From an uncultured delta proteobacterium (lineage in GTDB: Bacteria > Myxococcota > Myxococcia > SLRQ01), in NCBI GenBank assembly GCA_963727485.1, contig CAVSGM010000002.1:736001-800000 (forward strand): 64,000 nucleotides of DNA, read 5' to 3'. Under the pieces are notes generated by a model. That model was given only the letters and a program-made list of their open reading frames with translations, ran no database searches and had not been told where the DNA came from. The translations under genes were made by a program, and so were the position numbers. Shown piece by piece: positions 46,955-55,949 of the stretch. Within the stretch, counting starts at the first letter, position 1. Every line of letters begins with the position of its first letter.

Positions 46955-49900
46955 ATGGGTCTGCCCAGGGTATCCGTCGTCGCGACCCTCTGTGCGGGGG
47001 TGATCGCCTGTACGCCCACCGCGCCGGTGGACCGCATCCCCCAGGCCGTGGCCTCCGCGGACCGCCTCGCCGGCAACGCCCCCCTCACGGTGGCGTTCAC
47101 CGGCAAGGCCCTCGGCGGCGACCCGCCCCTGAAGTACGCCTGGGACTTCGGCGACGGCCAGAGCGCCCAGGTCCAGAGCCCGACCCACACCTACCCGGTG
47201 AAGGGCAGCTACCACGCGGTGCTCACCGTCACCGACGTCGACGGGGACGCCGACCAGGACGACCTCACCGTCCAGGTCGCCAGCTCCGCCCTCACCGCCC
47301 GCGTCGGCGCCGACCCCCTCTCGGGGAAGGCGCCGCTCCAGGTCCAGTTCACCTCCGGGGTCACCGGCGGCGCCCAGCCCTACACCAGCGACTGGGACTT
47401 CGGCGACGGCAACAAGAGCACCGACGCCAACCCGGTCCACGTGTTCAACACCGGCGGGCAGTACGCCGTCACCTACAAGGTCACCGACGCCAACGGCAAG
47501 AGCGCCACCGACCAGGTCCAGATCTCGGTCTCCGACGCCAGCAAGCCCGCGGCCACCGCCACCGCCACCCCCACCTCGGGGGCGGCGCCCCTCACCGTCG
47601 CCTTCCAGGGGAGCGCCACCGGCGGCACGGCGCCCTACACCTGGGAGTGGGACTTCGGGGACGCGAGCCCCAAGTCCAAGGCGGCGAACCCCAGCCACAC
47701 CTACCAGAGCGCCGGGACCTACACCGCGGCCCTCACCGTCACCGACGCCAACGGCGCCACCGACAGCCGCTCGGTGCAGATCACCGCCGCCGCCAACTCG
47801 GTCCCCGTGGCCAGCGCCAGCGCCACGCCCACCAAGGGGGTGGCCCCGCTCCAGGTGGCGTTCACCGGCCAGGCCACCGGCGGCGACAAGCCCCTGACCT
47901 GGAGCTGGGACTTCGGCGACGGCGGCACCTCCAGCCAGCCCACGCCGACCCACACCTTCCAGACCGCCGGGGTCTACACCGCCACCCTCACCGTCACCGA
48001 CGGCAACGGGGACAGCTCCAGCGCCCAGGTGAGCGTCGAGGTCGGCGACAACCAGATCCCCAAGGTCACCGCCTCGGCCAAGCCCGTCAGCGGCACCGCC
48101 CCCCTCACCGTGAGCTTCAGCGGCACCGCCAGCGGCGGCAACCCGCCGCTCACCTTCTCCTGGGACCTGGGCGACGGATCCACCTCCACCAACCAGAACC
48201 CCAGCCACACCTACCAGGCCGCCGGGACCTACAACGCCACGGTCACCGTCACCGACGCCAACGGCGACACCGACACCAGCTCGGTGTCCATCAACGTCGC
48301 CTCCAACAGCCAGCCGGTGGTCACCGCCTCGGCCTCGCCCACCAGCGGCCAGGCGCCGCTGGCCGTCTCCTTCTACGCCTCGGCCCAGGGGGGCAACCCA
48401 CCCCTGACCTGGTCGTGGAGCTTCGGCGACGGCAGCAAGGCCGCCACCACCGCCAACACCACCCACACCTACCAGGCCGCGGGGACCTACACCGCCCAGG
48501 TGGTCGCCACCGACGTCGACGGCGACGCCAGCTCGGCCACGGTCACCATCCAGGTCTCCTCCAACAGCATCCCCCACGCCCGGGCGTTCGCCGACGTGAC
48601 CCAGGGCATCGCGCCGCTGAAGGTGAGCTTCACCTCCCAGGTCACCGGCGGCGACGCCCCCCTGACCTACGCCTGGGACTTCGGCGACGGCGCCGGGACC
48701 ACCGGGACCAGCGCCAGCCACACCTACCAGAAGGCCGGGAGCTACACGGTCCTGCTCACCGTCACCGACGCCAACGGGGACACCTCCACCGACACCCTCA
48801 CCATCAACGTGGCGAGCAACTCGGTGCCCACCGTCTCGGCGAGCGCCAGCCCCGGCAGCGGCGCCCCACCCCTGGCCGTCGCCTTCACCGCCACCACCAG
48901 CGGGGGCAACGCGCCTCTGACCTACGCCTGGGACTTCGGCGACGGGAGCACCGCCACCGCCCAGAACCCGAGCCACACCTACCAGACCGCCGGCGTGTTC
49001 TCGGCGACGGTGGTGGTCACCGACGCCAACGGCGACTCGGCGAGCGCCTCGACCCAGGTCCTGGTCCAGCAGCAGCTCCCCGACCTCACCGTCTCGGGCC
49101 TCACCATCTCCGCCCAGGGCGACCAGGTGGTCTTCCACTACACGGTCACCAACAACGGCAACGCCGACTGCCCGGCGTTCAACATGGACATCTACGACGA
49201 CCGGAGCACCGCCCCGGCGTCCGGGGAGGCCGGACCCTTCTACCTCCCCGAGCAGCCGCTGGCCGCCGGGGCGAGCCGCACCGAGGGCGCCTTCGTCACT
49301 CTCACGCCGGGCACCCGCTCCGGGTGGATCCAGGCCGACGGCGCCAACTCGGTGGCCGAGAGCGACGAGACCAACAACGTCGCCGGCCCGGTGAGCTACG
49401 ACGTCTCCGGGCCCCTGGTGGTGAACGAGGTCCTCTACGATCCCCCGGGGAGCGACGCCGGGTGCTTCATCGAGCTCCACGGGCCCCCGGGCACCGACCT
49501 CACCGGCTACACCCTGGTGGGGGTGAACGGCGCCGGCGGGACCGACTACGCCACCATCGACCTCTCGGGGCAGGCCATCCGCTCCAACGGCTTCTTCGTG
49601 GTCGCCCAGGACTCGACCGTCCCCGCGTCGGTGGTCGACCTGGTCGACCCCAACGCCAACCTCCAGAACGGCCCCGACAGCGTGCAGCTGCGGTTCAACG
49701 GGGCGGTGGTCGACGCGGTGGGCTACGGCGACTTCTCCTCGGCGACCTTCGCCGGCGAGGGCACCCCGGCCCCGGACCCCTCGTCCTCGACCACCGACTA
49801 CAGCTCCATCGGCCGGGACACGGCGAGCACCGACACCGACGACAACGGCGTCGACTTCCACATCCTCGACTACCCCACCCCGGGGGCCCCGAACCCGATC

Positions 49901-50296
49901 TCCGGCGACACCTGCAGCTACGCCATCCCCGTCACCGCCTCGGCGACCCTCACCGGGACCACCGCCGGCGCCGTGGACGACTACGGCGCCTACAGCTGCG
50001 GCGCCGGGACCTGGCAGCCCGACGTGGTCTACGCCGTGTCCCTCTCCGCCGGCCAGACCCTCACCGCCACCATCACCCAGGCGGCCAGCGGCTTCGATAC
50101 CGTCCTCTATCTCCGGTCGGTGTGCACCTCCACCACCTCCGAGGTCGCCTGCAACGACGACGGGCCGGGCCTGGGCACCAACTCCCAGCTCGTCTACACC
50201 GCGTCCTCCTCGGGGACCTACTACCTGGTGGTCGACGGGTACGGCACGGCGTCGGGGAACTCCGGCGCCTACACCCTGACCGTGAACCTCCAGTAG
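46955..50296 (+). CDS. Surface lipoprotein: 8 PKD repeats + CARDB + lamin-tail-like + PPC-like domain
   Basis: Lipobox VIAC; eight W(D/S)(F/L)GD..H(T/V)(Y/F)..G..TD..G units of about 85 aa; PDLTVS..ESDETNN; VVNEVLYDP..FIELH..PTPG; FDTVLYL..CNDD..GTYYLVVDGY. Confidence 0.88.
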   Translation: MGLPRVSVVATLCAGVIACTPTAPVDRIPQAVASADRLAGNAPLTVAFTGKALGGDPPLKYAWDFGDGQSAQVQSPTHTYPVKGSYHAVLTVTDVDGDADQDDLTVQVASSALTARVGADPLSGKAPLQVQFTSGVTGGAQPYTSDWDFGDGNKSTDANPVHVFNTGGQYAVTYKVTDANGKSATDQVQISVSDASKPAATATATPTSGAAPLTVAFQGSATGGTAPYTWEWDFGDASPKSKAANPSHTYQSAGTYTAALTVTDANGATDSRSVQITAAANSVPVASASATPTKGVAPLQVAFTGQATGGDKPLTWSWDFGDGGTSSQPTPTHTFQTAGVYTATLTVTDGNGDSSSAQVSVEVGDNQIPKVTASAKPVSGTAPLTVSFSGTASGGNPPLTFSWDLGDGSTSTNQNPSHTYQAAGTYNATVTVTDANGDTDTSSVSINVASNSQPVVTASASPTSGQAPLAVSFYASAQGGNPPLTWSWSFGDGSKAATTANTTHTYQAAGTYTAQVVATDVDGDASSATVTIQVSSNSIPHARAFADVTQGIAPLKVSFTSQVTGGDAPLTYAWDFGDGAGTTGTSASHTYQKAGSYTVLLTVTDANGDTSTDTLTINVASNSVPTVSASASPGSGAPPLAVAFTATTSGGNAPLTYAWDFGDGSTATAQNPSHTYQTAGVFSATVVVTDANGDSASASTQVLVQQQLPDLTVSGLTISAQGDQVVFHYTVTNNGNADCPAFNMDIYDDRSTAPASGEAGPFYLPEQPLAAGASRTEGAFVTLTPGTRSGWIQADGANSVAESDETNNVAGPVSYDVSGPLVVNEVLYDPPGSDAGCFIELHGPPGTDLTGYTLVGVNGAGGTDYATIDLSGQAIRSNGFFVVAQDSTVPASVVDLVDPNANLQNGPDSVQLRFNGAVVDAVGYGDFSSATFAGEGTPAPDPSSSTTDYSSIGRDTASTDTDDNGVDFHILDYPTPGAPNPISGDTCSYAIPVTASATLTGTTAGAVDDYGAYSCGAGTWQPDVVYAVSLSAGQTLTATITQAASGFDTVLYLRSVCTSTTSEVACNDDGPGLGTNSQLVYTASSSGTYYLVVDGYGTASGNSGAYTLTVNLQ

Positions 50297-50330
50297 CCCC
50301 GGGGCGCCGGGCCCCCGCTGGGTCACGCGC

Positions 50331-50675
50331 CTAGAGGTTCACGGTGTCCTTGGCCATGGCCCCGGTGGTCAGGCCCGCGGTGACCGTGGTCGCGGTGACC
50401 GGCGTCCCGCCCTTGGTGGCGGTCACGGTGATGGTCACCTGGGTCTCCTGGTCGTCGACCACCACCGCCACCGTCTGGGGGAACGGCTTGCTCAGGTCGA
50501 AGTGCTGGTCCTTGGCCTTCCCCGATCCCTCGATGTGCAGATCGAGGCCGTCGACGTCGGTGGGGACCTGCCGGGTCGAGTCGAGGGTGAGGACCACGCC
50601 GGTGTAGCCGGCGCCGCAGGCGAGCGGCGCGAAGGCGAGGCCGGCGCCGAGGAGGAGCAGGGCGAGGCGCTTCAA
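50331..50675 (-). CDS. Small beta-rich lipoprotein
   Basis: TTG start after GAGGAGG overlapping the upstream TGA; lipobox PLAC. Confidence 0.65.
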   Translation of the reverse strand: MKRLALLLLGAGLAFAPLACGAGYTGVVLTLDSTRQVPTDVDGLDLHIEGSGKAKDQHFDLSKPFPQTVAVVVDDQETQVTITVTATKGGTPVTATTVTAGLTTGAMAKDTVNL

Positions 50676-51610
50676 GGGGGACCTCCTCGCAGCGGGTAGT
50701 GGACGGCGCCGAGGGTGGTCGAGGGGAGGCCCCCGCCCTGGCTGCCGACCACCACCGCGGTGGTGGTCGCCGCGCCCACCGCGACCACGCCCAGGGTGAT
50801 CCACAGCCAGGTGGGCATGCCCCCGTGGTGCCGGTGGGCGACGGCCTCACGGGACTGGGGCATCTGGTCGATGTCCACCGCCTGGATCTTCTCGGGGCCC
50901 GGGTTCGGGGCCGGCGCCTGGGCGAGGGGCGAGGCGACGACCTTGAGGGTCAGCGGCTCGGTGGGGGTGCCGAGGCTGTGGAGGATCTCGCCCTCGGGGG
51001 CCTGGGCCACCAGGTAGTACTCGAGGGCGTAGCCGTCGGCCTCCCCGGCCACCGGCGGCGGGGTGAGGCGCGCCGTCCAGTCGTCTCCCTGGCGGTGGAA
51101 GCGCACCACCTGCCAGTCGGGCTCGCCCTCGCGGCGGTAGTAGGCGAGGAGGTCGCTGGTGAGGTGCTTGCGGTCGACCAGGCTGGCGGTGAGGCTCAGG
51201 GGCCGCCCGGCGAAGGCGCCCGGGGGCGGGAGGTGCTGGATGATCACGGTGGCGGTGCGGACCTTCTCGTAGGCCCGGCGCACCGACGCCGGCAGGGCCC
51301 TGGGCAGGGGCGCCTTGGGCGTGAGGCGCACCCGCCGGCGCCAGGGGGCCACCGCCTCGGCGGGTCGGCCGGCGAGCTGGTAGGCGGCGCCCAGCCACCC
51401 GAGGATGGCCTCCTCCTGGTCCACCGGGAGGCCTGGGAGATCGAGGCCCCGCCGCAGCTCGTGGATCGCCTTGGCGTAGCGGTGGCGATGGATGAGCTGC
51501 CGGGCCTCCTGGAGGTACATGTTGTGCCCCTGGGCCCGGGCCACGGCCGGCAGCAGCGCCAGGGTCGTGGCCAGGAGGAGACCGGGGACGGCGGGTCGAA
51601 GGCGCGGCAT
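50672..51610 (-). CDS. Exported TPR + Ig-like protein with C-terminal TM
   Basis: Signal ending ARA-Q; TPR; IQHLPP..AYYRREG..LEYYLVA; WLWITLGVVAVGA. Confidence 0.7.
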   Translation of the reverse strand: MPRLRPAVPGLLLATTLALLPAVARAQGHNMYLQEARQLIHRHRYAKAIHELRRGLDLPGLPVDQEEAILGWLGAAYQLAGRPAEAVAPWRRRVRLTPKAPLPRALPASVRRAYEKVRTATVIIQHLPPPGAFAGRPLSLTASLVDRKHLTSDLLAYYRREGEPDWQVVRFHRQGDDWTARLTPPPVAGEADGYALEYYLVAQAPEGEILHSLGTPTEPLTLKVVASPLAQAPAPNPGPEKIQAVDIDQMPQSREAVAHRHHGGMPTWLWITLGVVAVGAATTTAVVVGSQGGGLPSTTLGAVHYPLRGGPP

Positions 51611-51628
51611 GATGGGCTCCGTCCTCCC

Positions 51629-52201
51629 CTAGCCCCGGCTGCGGGCGACCAGGGTCGCCATGGCGCCCCGCTCGTCCTCGCGCTCCTCGTAGAGCTCGAC
51701 CTCGAGGTCGGCGAAGAGGCTGCGGAGCTCCCCGGGCTTCAGGCACCACTCCTCGGGGAAGCTCGGGCGCTGCACCCGGTGGGCGGTGGTCCAGGTCTGG
51801 TAGATGAGCACCCCGCCGGCCTTGAGGGCGCTGGCGATCTTCGGCGCCGCCTGCCGCGAGAGGAAGCGGAAGCAGAGCACCAGGTCGTAGGTGGCGACCG
51901 GGAGCGGCTGGGTGGTCACGTCGCCGAGCGAGAGGTGGACGCTCTCGAGGACGCCCTCGCTGCTGGCGGCGACGCGCAGGCGCTCGATGGCGACGTCGGA
52001 GAGGTCGAGGGCGTCGACGTCGTAGCCCCGCTTGGCGAGGAAGAGGGCGTTGGCGCCGATGCCACAGGCCACCTCGAGGGCGCGACCCTTGGGCAGGCTG
52101 GGGATCCGCTCCGCGACGATGACGTCGGGCGCCCAGTCGGCGTTGAAGCCCGCCGCCGAGTACCGTCGGTTCCAGCGGAGCCGGTCAGGATGGATGCTCA
52201 T
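51629..52201 (-). CDS. Class I SAM-dependent methyltransferase (TehB-like)
   Basis: RWNRRY, ALEVACGIGANALFLAKRG, DLSDVAI, LKAGGVLIY. Confidence 0.85.
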   Translation of the reverse strand: MSIHPDRLRWNRRYSAAGFNADWAPDVIVAERIPSLPKGRALEVACGIGANALFLAKRGYDVDALDLSDVAIERLRVAASSEGVLESVHLSLGDVTTQPLPVATYDLVLCFRFLSRQAAPKIASALKAGGVLIYQTWTTAHRVQRPSFPEEWCLKPGELRSLFADLEVELYEEREDERGAMATLVARSRG

Positions 52202-52224
52202 GGGGACGAGCATCATAGCAGCGG

Positions 52225-52806
52225 TCAGCGGGCCCGAGGAATGCCCAGCGCGCGGTTCACCGACGCGGCGTCCATGGGGCCCACCACCCGGTACACGACC
52301 TTCCCCCGGCCGTCGAGGACGAAGGTCGCCGGGAGGGCCCCGTTCCACGACCTGTCGAGCCGGGCGGCGAGGACGCTGGGATCGTCGACGGCGAGGCGGA
52401 AGCGCCCGGGGCCGGGGCCGACCAGCTTCCGGGCCAGGGCCGCGTCCTTGGGCTGGACCACCGCCAGGAGCAGGACCTCGGCCTGGCGGCGCCAGATGGG
52501 GACGGCCTCGAGGACCCGCGGGAGCTCCTTGACGCAGGGGGGGCACCAGGTGGCCCAGAAGTGGACCACCACCCGCCGGTGGGCCTTGCGGGCGTGGTCG
52601 AGGCGGGCGAAGAGGGCCTTGGCGTCGAGGACCGGGAGGGGCGGCTTCCGGGCGGGGGCCCGGCGCTTCCTGGCGACCCCGGGCGTCGCGGGGGCGTGGG
52701 CCCCGGGCCCGGCGGCGGCGCGGGGCCGGGCCGCGCCGTGGGCGGAACCGGCGGCGGCGGGCGCGGCGACGAGGAGCGCGAGCAGGCAGACGGCGAGGCG
52801 ACCCAT
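52225..52806 (-). CDS. Exported TlpA/ResA-like thiol-disulfide oxidoreductase
   Basis: Signal peptide; VVHFWATWCPPCVKELP; GALPATFVLD. Confidence 0.88.
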   Translation of the reverse strand: MGRLAVCLLALLVAAPAAAGSAHGAARPRAAAGPGAHAPATPGVARKRRAPARKPPLPVLDAKALFARLDHARKAHRRVVVHFWATWCPPCVKELPRVLEAVPIWRRQAEVLLLAVVQPKDAALARKLVGPGPGRFRLAVDDPSVLAARLDRSWNGALPATFVLDGRGKVVYRVVGPMDAASVNRALGIPRAR

Positions 52807-52905
52807 GGCCCGGGGATACCGGAGGCCCGACCCGGGGGTCAAGGCGCCCCACCCCGCCGCCCGGGCCGATTGACCCGGGCCGGCACCGGGGGCGACCATG
52901 GGTCC

Positions 52906-53490
52906 GTGGGGGTCCCGCTCCTCGTCACCTGCTTCGAGCCGTTCGACGGGCGCGCTGCGAACACGAGCATGCGCGTCCTGGCGTCCATGCTCGAGAGCCC
53001 GCCCGACGGGGTCGCCGCCCGGGTGCTCCCGGTGGACTTCCGGGCCCTCAAGCGCCTGGTCCCCCGGCTGGTGACCTCGGTGGGCCCGGAGCGCTGGCTC
53101 CTCCTCGGGGAGTACGGCGGCGGCGACCACCTCCGGTGCGAGCGCATCGCGGTGAACCTCCTCGACGGCGACGTCCCCGACAACACGGGCCTCCTCCCCG
53201 GGGGCCGGCGGGCGGTGCGCGGGGGCCCCGACGCCTACTTCACCACCCTCGACCCGGCGCGGCTCCGGGACCACTTCCTGGCCCTCGACATCCCCGCCAC
53301 CCTCTCGGAGAGCGCCGGGACCTACGCCTGCAACCTCGCCCTCTACCTCGCCCTCCACCACGCCCGGCGGAGCGGCGGGGGCACCGAGGTGGGCTTCGTC
53401 CACGTGCCCCGTCACTACCGGCGCACCGGTCACACCCTCCGGGGGCTGCGCGCGGCCCTCGGGGAGCTCGCCCGCGACCTCGCCCGGTGA
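52906..53490 (+). CDS. pcp: Pyroglutamyl-peptidase I
   Basis: LVTCFEPF, ERIAVN, GGPDAYFTTL, AGTYACN (catalytic Cys), GFVHVP (His). Confidence 0.88.
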   Translation: MGVPLLVTCFEPFDGRAANTSMRVLASMLESPPDGVAARVLPVDFRALKRLVPRLVTSVGPERWLLLGEYGGGDHLRCERIAVNLLDGDVPDNTGLLPGGRRAVRGGPDAYFTTLDPARLRDHFLALDIPATLSESAGTYACNLALYLALHHARRSGGGTEVGFVHVPRHYRRTGHTLRGLRAALGELARDLAR

Positions 53491-53525
53491 GCCCGGCGCC
53501 GCGCCCGTCCCCGGGCCAGGCGGCC

Positions 53526-53574
53526 TTGCCAAGGTGCCGGCCATCGGGTACACGCCTTGATTGACGAGTCAATC
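53526..53574 (+). promoter_or_regulatory. Putative sigma70 promoter with palindromic operator over the start site
   Basis: TTGCCA-17nt-TACACG; GATTGAC-GA-GTCAATC at 53559-53574. Confidence 0.6.
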
Positions 53575-53594
53575 TGACATCCCAGGAGCAGCGC

Positions 53595-55178
53595 ATGGCC
53601 CGGAGCGAGAAGATGCGAGCGGCGGTGGAGGCCCTCCTCCACAAGCGGGAGACGGCCTACCAGATGGGCGGCCCCGAGCGGGTGGCCCGCCTCGCCGAGA
53701 AGGGCAAGCTCGACGTCCGCACCCGCCTCGACCTCCTCTTCGACGCCGGGACCTTCGTGGAGCTCGGCCTCCACGCCCAGCACCAGGGCAAGCTCGCGGA
53801 GGCGCAGCCCAAGCCCTCCCCCGCCGACGGCTGCGTCACCGGCATCGGCGAGGTCGACGGGCGCCCGGTGGCCGTCGCCGCCTACGACTTCACGATCTAC
53901 GGCGGCTCCATCGGCGAGATCGCCGAGTACAAGACCACCCGCCTGCGCGACCTGGCCCTCAAGGAGCGCATCCCCATCGTCTGGCTCATCGACTCCGCCG
54001 GGGCGCGCCTCTCCGCCGACAGCGCCATGGACCCGCGGGCCATCTCCGGGTTCGGGGGCACCGGGTACCTGTTCCGGGAGCAGTCGATCCTCTCCGGCGT
54101 CATCCCCCAGGTGGCGGCGATGGTCGGGCCCGGCGCCGCGGGCACCGCCTACATCCCGGGGCTCGCCGACTTCGTCCCCATGGTGAAGGGCACCAGCTCC
54201 ATGGCCATCGGCGGCCCCTACCTCACCGAGTCGACCATCGGCGAGAAGGTCACCGAGGAGGAGCTCGGCGGCTCCAAGATCCACACCACCCTCTCGGGGG
54301 TCGCGGACCTCCAGGTGGAGGACGACCGCGCCTGCATCCAGGCCATCAAGGACTACCTCTCGTACTTCCCCGGCTCGTGCACCGCCAGGCCGCCGCGGCG
54401 GGAGTCGACGGTGAGCCCCGGCGACAAGGTCGACGACGCCATCCTCGACATCGTCCCCGACAACCCGCGCCAAGCCTACGACATGCTCAAGATCCTCCGC
54501 CTGGTGGTCGACGGCGGCGTGCTCTTCGAGATGAAGCCCAAGTGGGCCAAGAACATCGTCACCGCCTTTGCCCGCATCGACGGCCGGCCGGTGGGCCTCG
54601 TCGCCAACAACCCCAAGTACTACGGCGGCATCCTCGACGTGAACTCCGCCGACAAGGCGGCGCGCTTCGTCAACCTCTGCGACAGCTTCAACCTCCCGCT
54701 CGTCTTCTTCCAGGACGTCCCCGGGTTCATGGTGGGCACCAAGGTCGAGCAGGCGGGCATCATCCGCCACGGCGCCAAGATGCTCCAGGCGGTGAGCCTG
54801 GCCACCGTGCCCAAGCTCACGGTGCTGGTGCGCAAGGCCTACGGCGCCGGCTACTACGTGATGAACGGCCGCGCCTACGAGCCCGACCTCATCGTGGCCT
54901 GGCCCGGCGCCGAGGTGAGCGTCATGGGCGCCGAGGGGATGGTCTCCATCGCCGCCCGGAAGATGCTGGCGCAGGCGGACGACCCCAAGGCGGTCAAGCA
55001 GCAGCTCGCCGACGCCCTGCGACCCCACATCAACATCTGGCAGGTCGCGGCCCTCGGCCACGTCGACGACGTCATCGATCCCCGGGAGACCCGGTGGGTG
55101 CTGGCCCGGGCCCTCGCCTACTCGGAGAACAAGACGGTGGAGCGCCCCTGGCGCAAGGGGCCGGTGAGGCCGGTGTAG
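53595..55178 (+). CDS. Acyl-CoA carboxylase carboxyltransferase (beta) subunit, PccB/AccD-like
   Basis: DFTIYGGS, DSAGARL, EELGG..H..SGVAD, DVPGFMVG..GIIRHGAK, RKAYGAG, DDVIDP. Confidence 0.92.
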   Translation: MARSEKMRAAVEALLHKRETAYQMGGPERVARLAEKGKLDVRTRLDLLFDAGTFVELGLHAQHQGKLAEAQPKPSPADGCVTGIGEVDGRPVAVAAYDFTIYGGSIGEIAEYKTTRLRDLALKERIPIVWLIDSAGARLSADSAMDPRAISGFGGTGYLFREQSILSGVIPQVAAMVGPGAAGTAYIPGLADFVPMVKGTSSMAIGGPYLTESTIGEKVTEEELGGSKIHTTLSGVADLQVEDDRACIQAIKDYLSYFPGSCTARPPRRESTVSPGDKVDDAILDIVPDNPRQAYDMLKILRLVVDGGVLFEMKPKWAKNIVTAFARIDGRPVGLVANNPKYYGGILDVNSADKAARFVNLCDSFNLPLVFFQDVPGFMVGTKVEQAGIIRHGAKMLQAVSLATVPKLTVLVRKAYGAGYYVMNGRAYEPDLIVAWPGAEVSVMGAEGMVSIAARKMLAQADDPKAVKQQLADALRPHINIWQVAALGHVDDVIDPRETRWVLARALAYSENKTVERPWRKGPVRPV

Positions 55179-55199
55179 CGGCCGGGGCCGCCGGTTGGG

Positions 55200-55949
55200 C
55201 TAGGGCGCGGTGGTGAAGTCCGAGACGAGCTCGGCGCCAAGCTGCTGGGCGTCGGTGCTCTGGACGTCCGAGGTCACGTGCAGCTGGTAGCCGGTGCTCG
55301 CCGCCAGCGCCGACCGCGGCTTCAGGTCGACCTTCAGCCCCCCGCTGCCGGTCACCGGACCCACCACCGCGCTCACCCGGCGGCCGGCGGTGTCGGCGAG
55401 GAAGAAGTGCCGGGCGTCGGCGAAGCGGTCGGGGATGGGCCGGCTCAGGGTCACCTCCACCGTGGTCGCCGGATCGACGCCGGTGCTCCCGTCGGCCGGG
55501 TCCACCCGGGACACCCCGAAGGCGATGGGCGTGTCCGTGGGCGTGAAGTGGCGGACGAAGGCCTGGCCCATGGGGTTGAAGTACCGATCCTCCACCGTGC
55601 CCGAGACGGTGAGGGTCCACACCACACCGGGGGTGAGCGGCGCGTCGGGGACGAAGCGCACCAGGTTGTCGGTGTCCTGGGCCCGGCGGTCGAGGTGGCC
55701 GCTGGCGGTCAGGGGGCCGGCGACCAGGGTGAAGGCGGCGAGGTTCACCGAGTCCCAGTTCATGGGCTCGGAGAACCACACCGAGAGCGCGGCGCCCGTG
55801 GGCACCCCGGTGGCCCCCTCCACCGGGAGGGCGAAGTCCACCGACGGCGGCGTGGTGTCCACCGCGGCGAAGGGCGACTGCCCGGGGACCGCGCAGCCGG
55901 TGGCGAAGAGCGCGGCCGCCGCCACGCCGAAAAGTCGCGCGCGGATCAT
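55200..55949 (-). CDS. Lipoprotein with two bacterial Ig-like (Big_5-type) domains
   Basis: Lipobox ATGC; DTTPPSV..P..GATGV..FSEPM; second unit VDPADGSTGV..; ATGA overlap with the cytochrome gene. Confidence 0.8.
   Translation of the reverse strand: MIRARLFGVAAAALFATGCAVPGQSPFAAVDTTPPSVDFALPVEGATGVPTGAALSVWFSEPMNWDSVNLAAFTLVAGPLTASGHLDRRAQDTDNLVRFVPDAPLTPGVVWTLTVSGTVEDRYFNPMGQAFVRHFTPTDTPIAFGVSRVDPADGSTGVDPATTVEVTLSRPIPDRFADARHFFLADTAGRRVSAVVGPVTGSGGLKVDLKPRSALAASTGYQLHVTSDVQSTDAQQLGAELVSDFTTAP

Noticed and set aside
47030..49075. Repeated tgggacttcggcgac units as a CRISPR or DNA repeat array
   Set aside because: They are the coding WDFGD motifs of PKD domains about 255 bp apart, not identical repeats with short spacers; no cas genes
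52225..52806. TlpA-like thioredoxin as a dedicated maturation factor of the 13-heme cytochrome
   Set aside because: Separated by two opposite-strand genes and no ccm/res genes nearby; the link is unsupported
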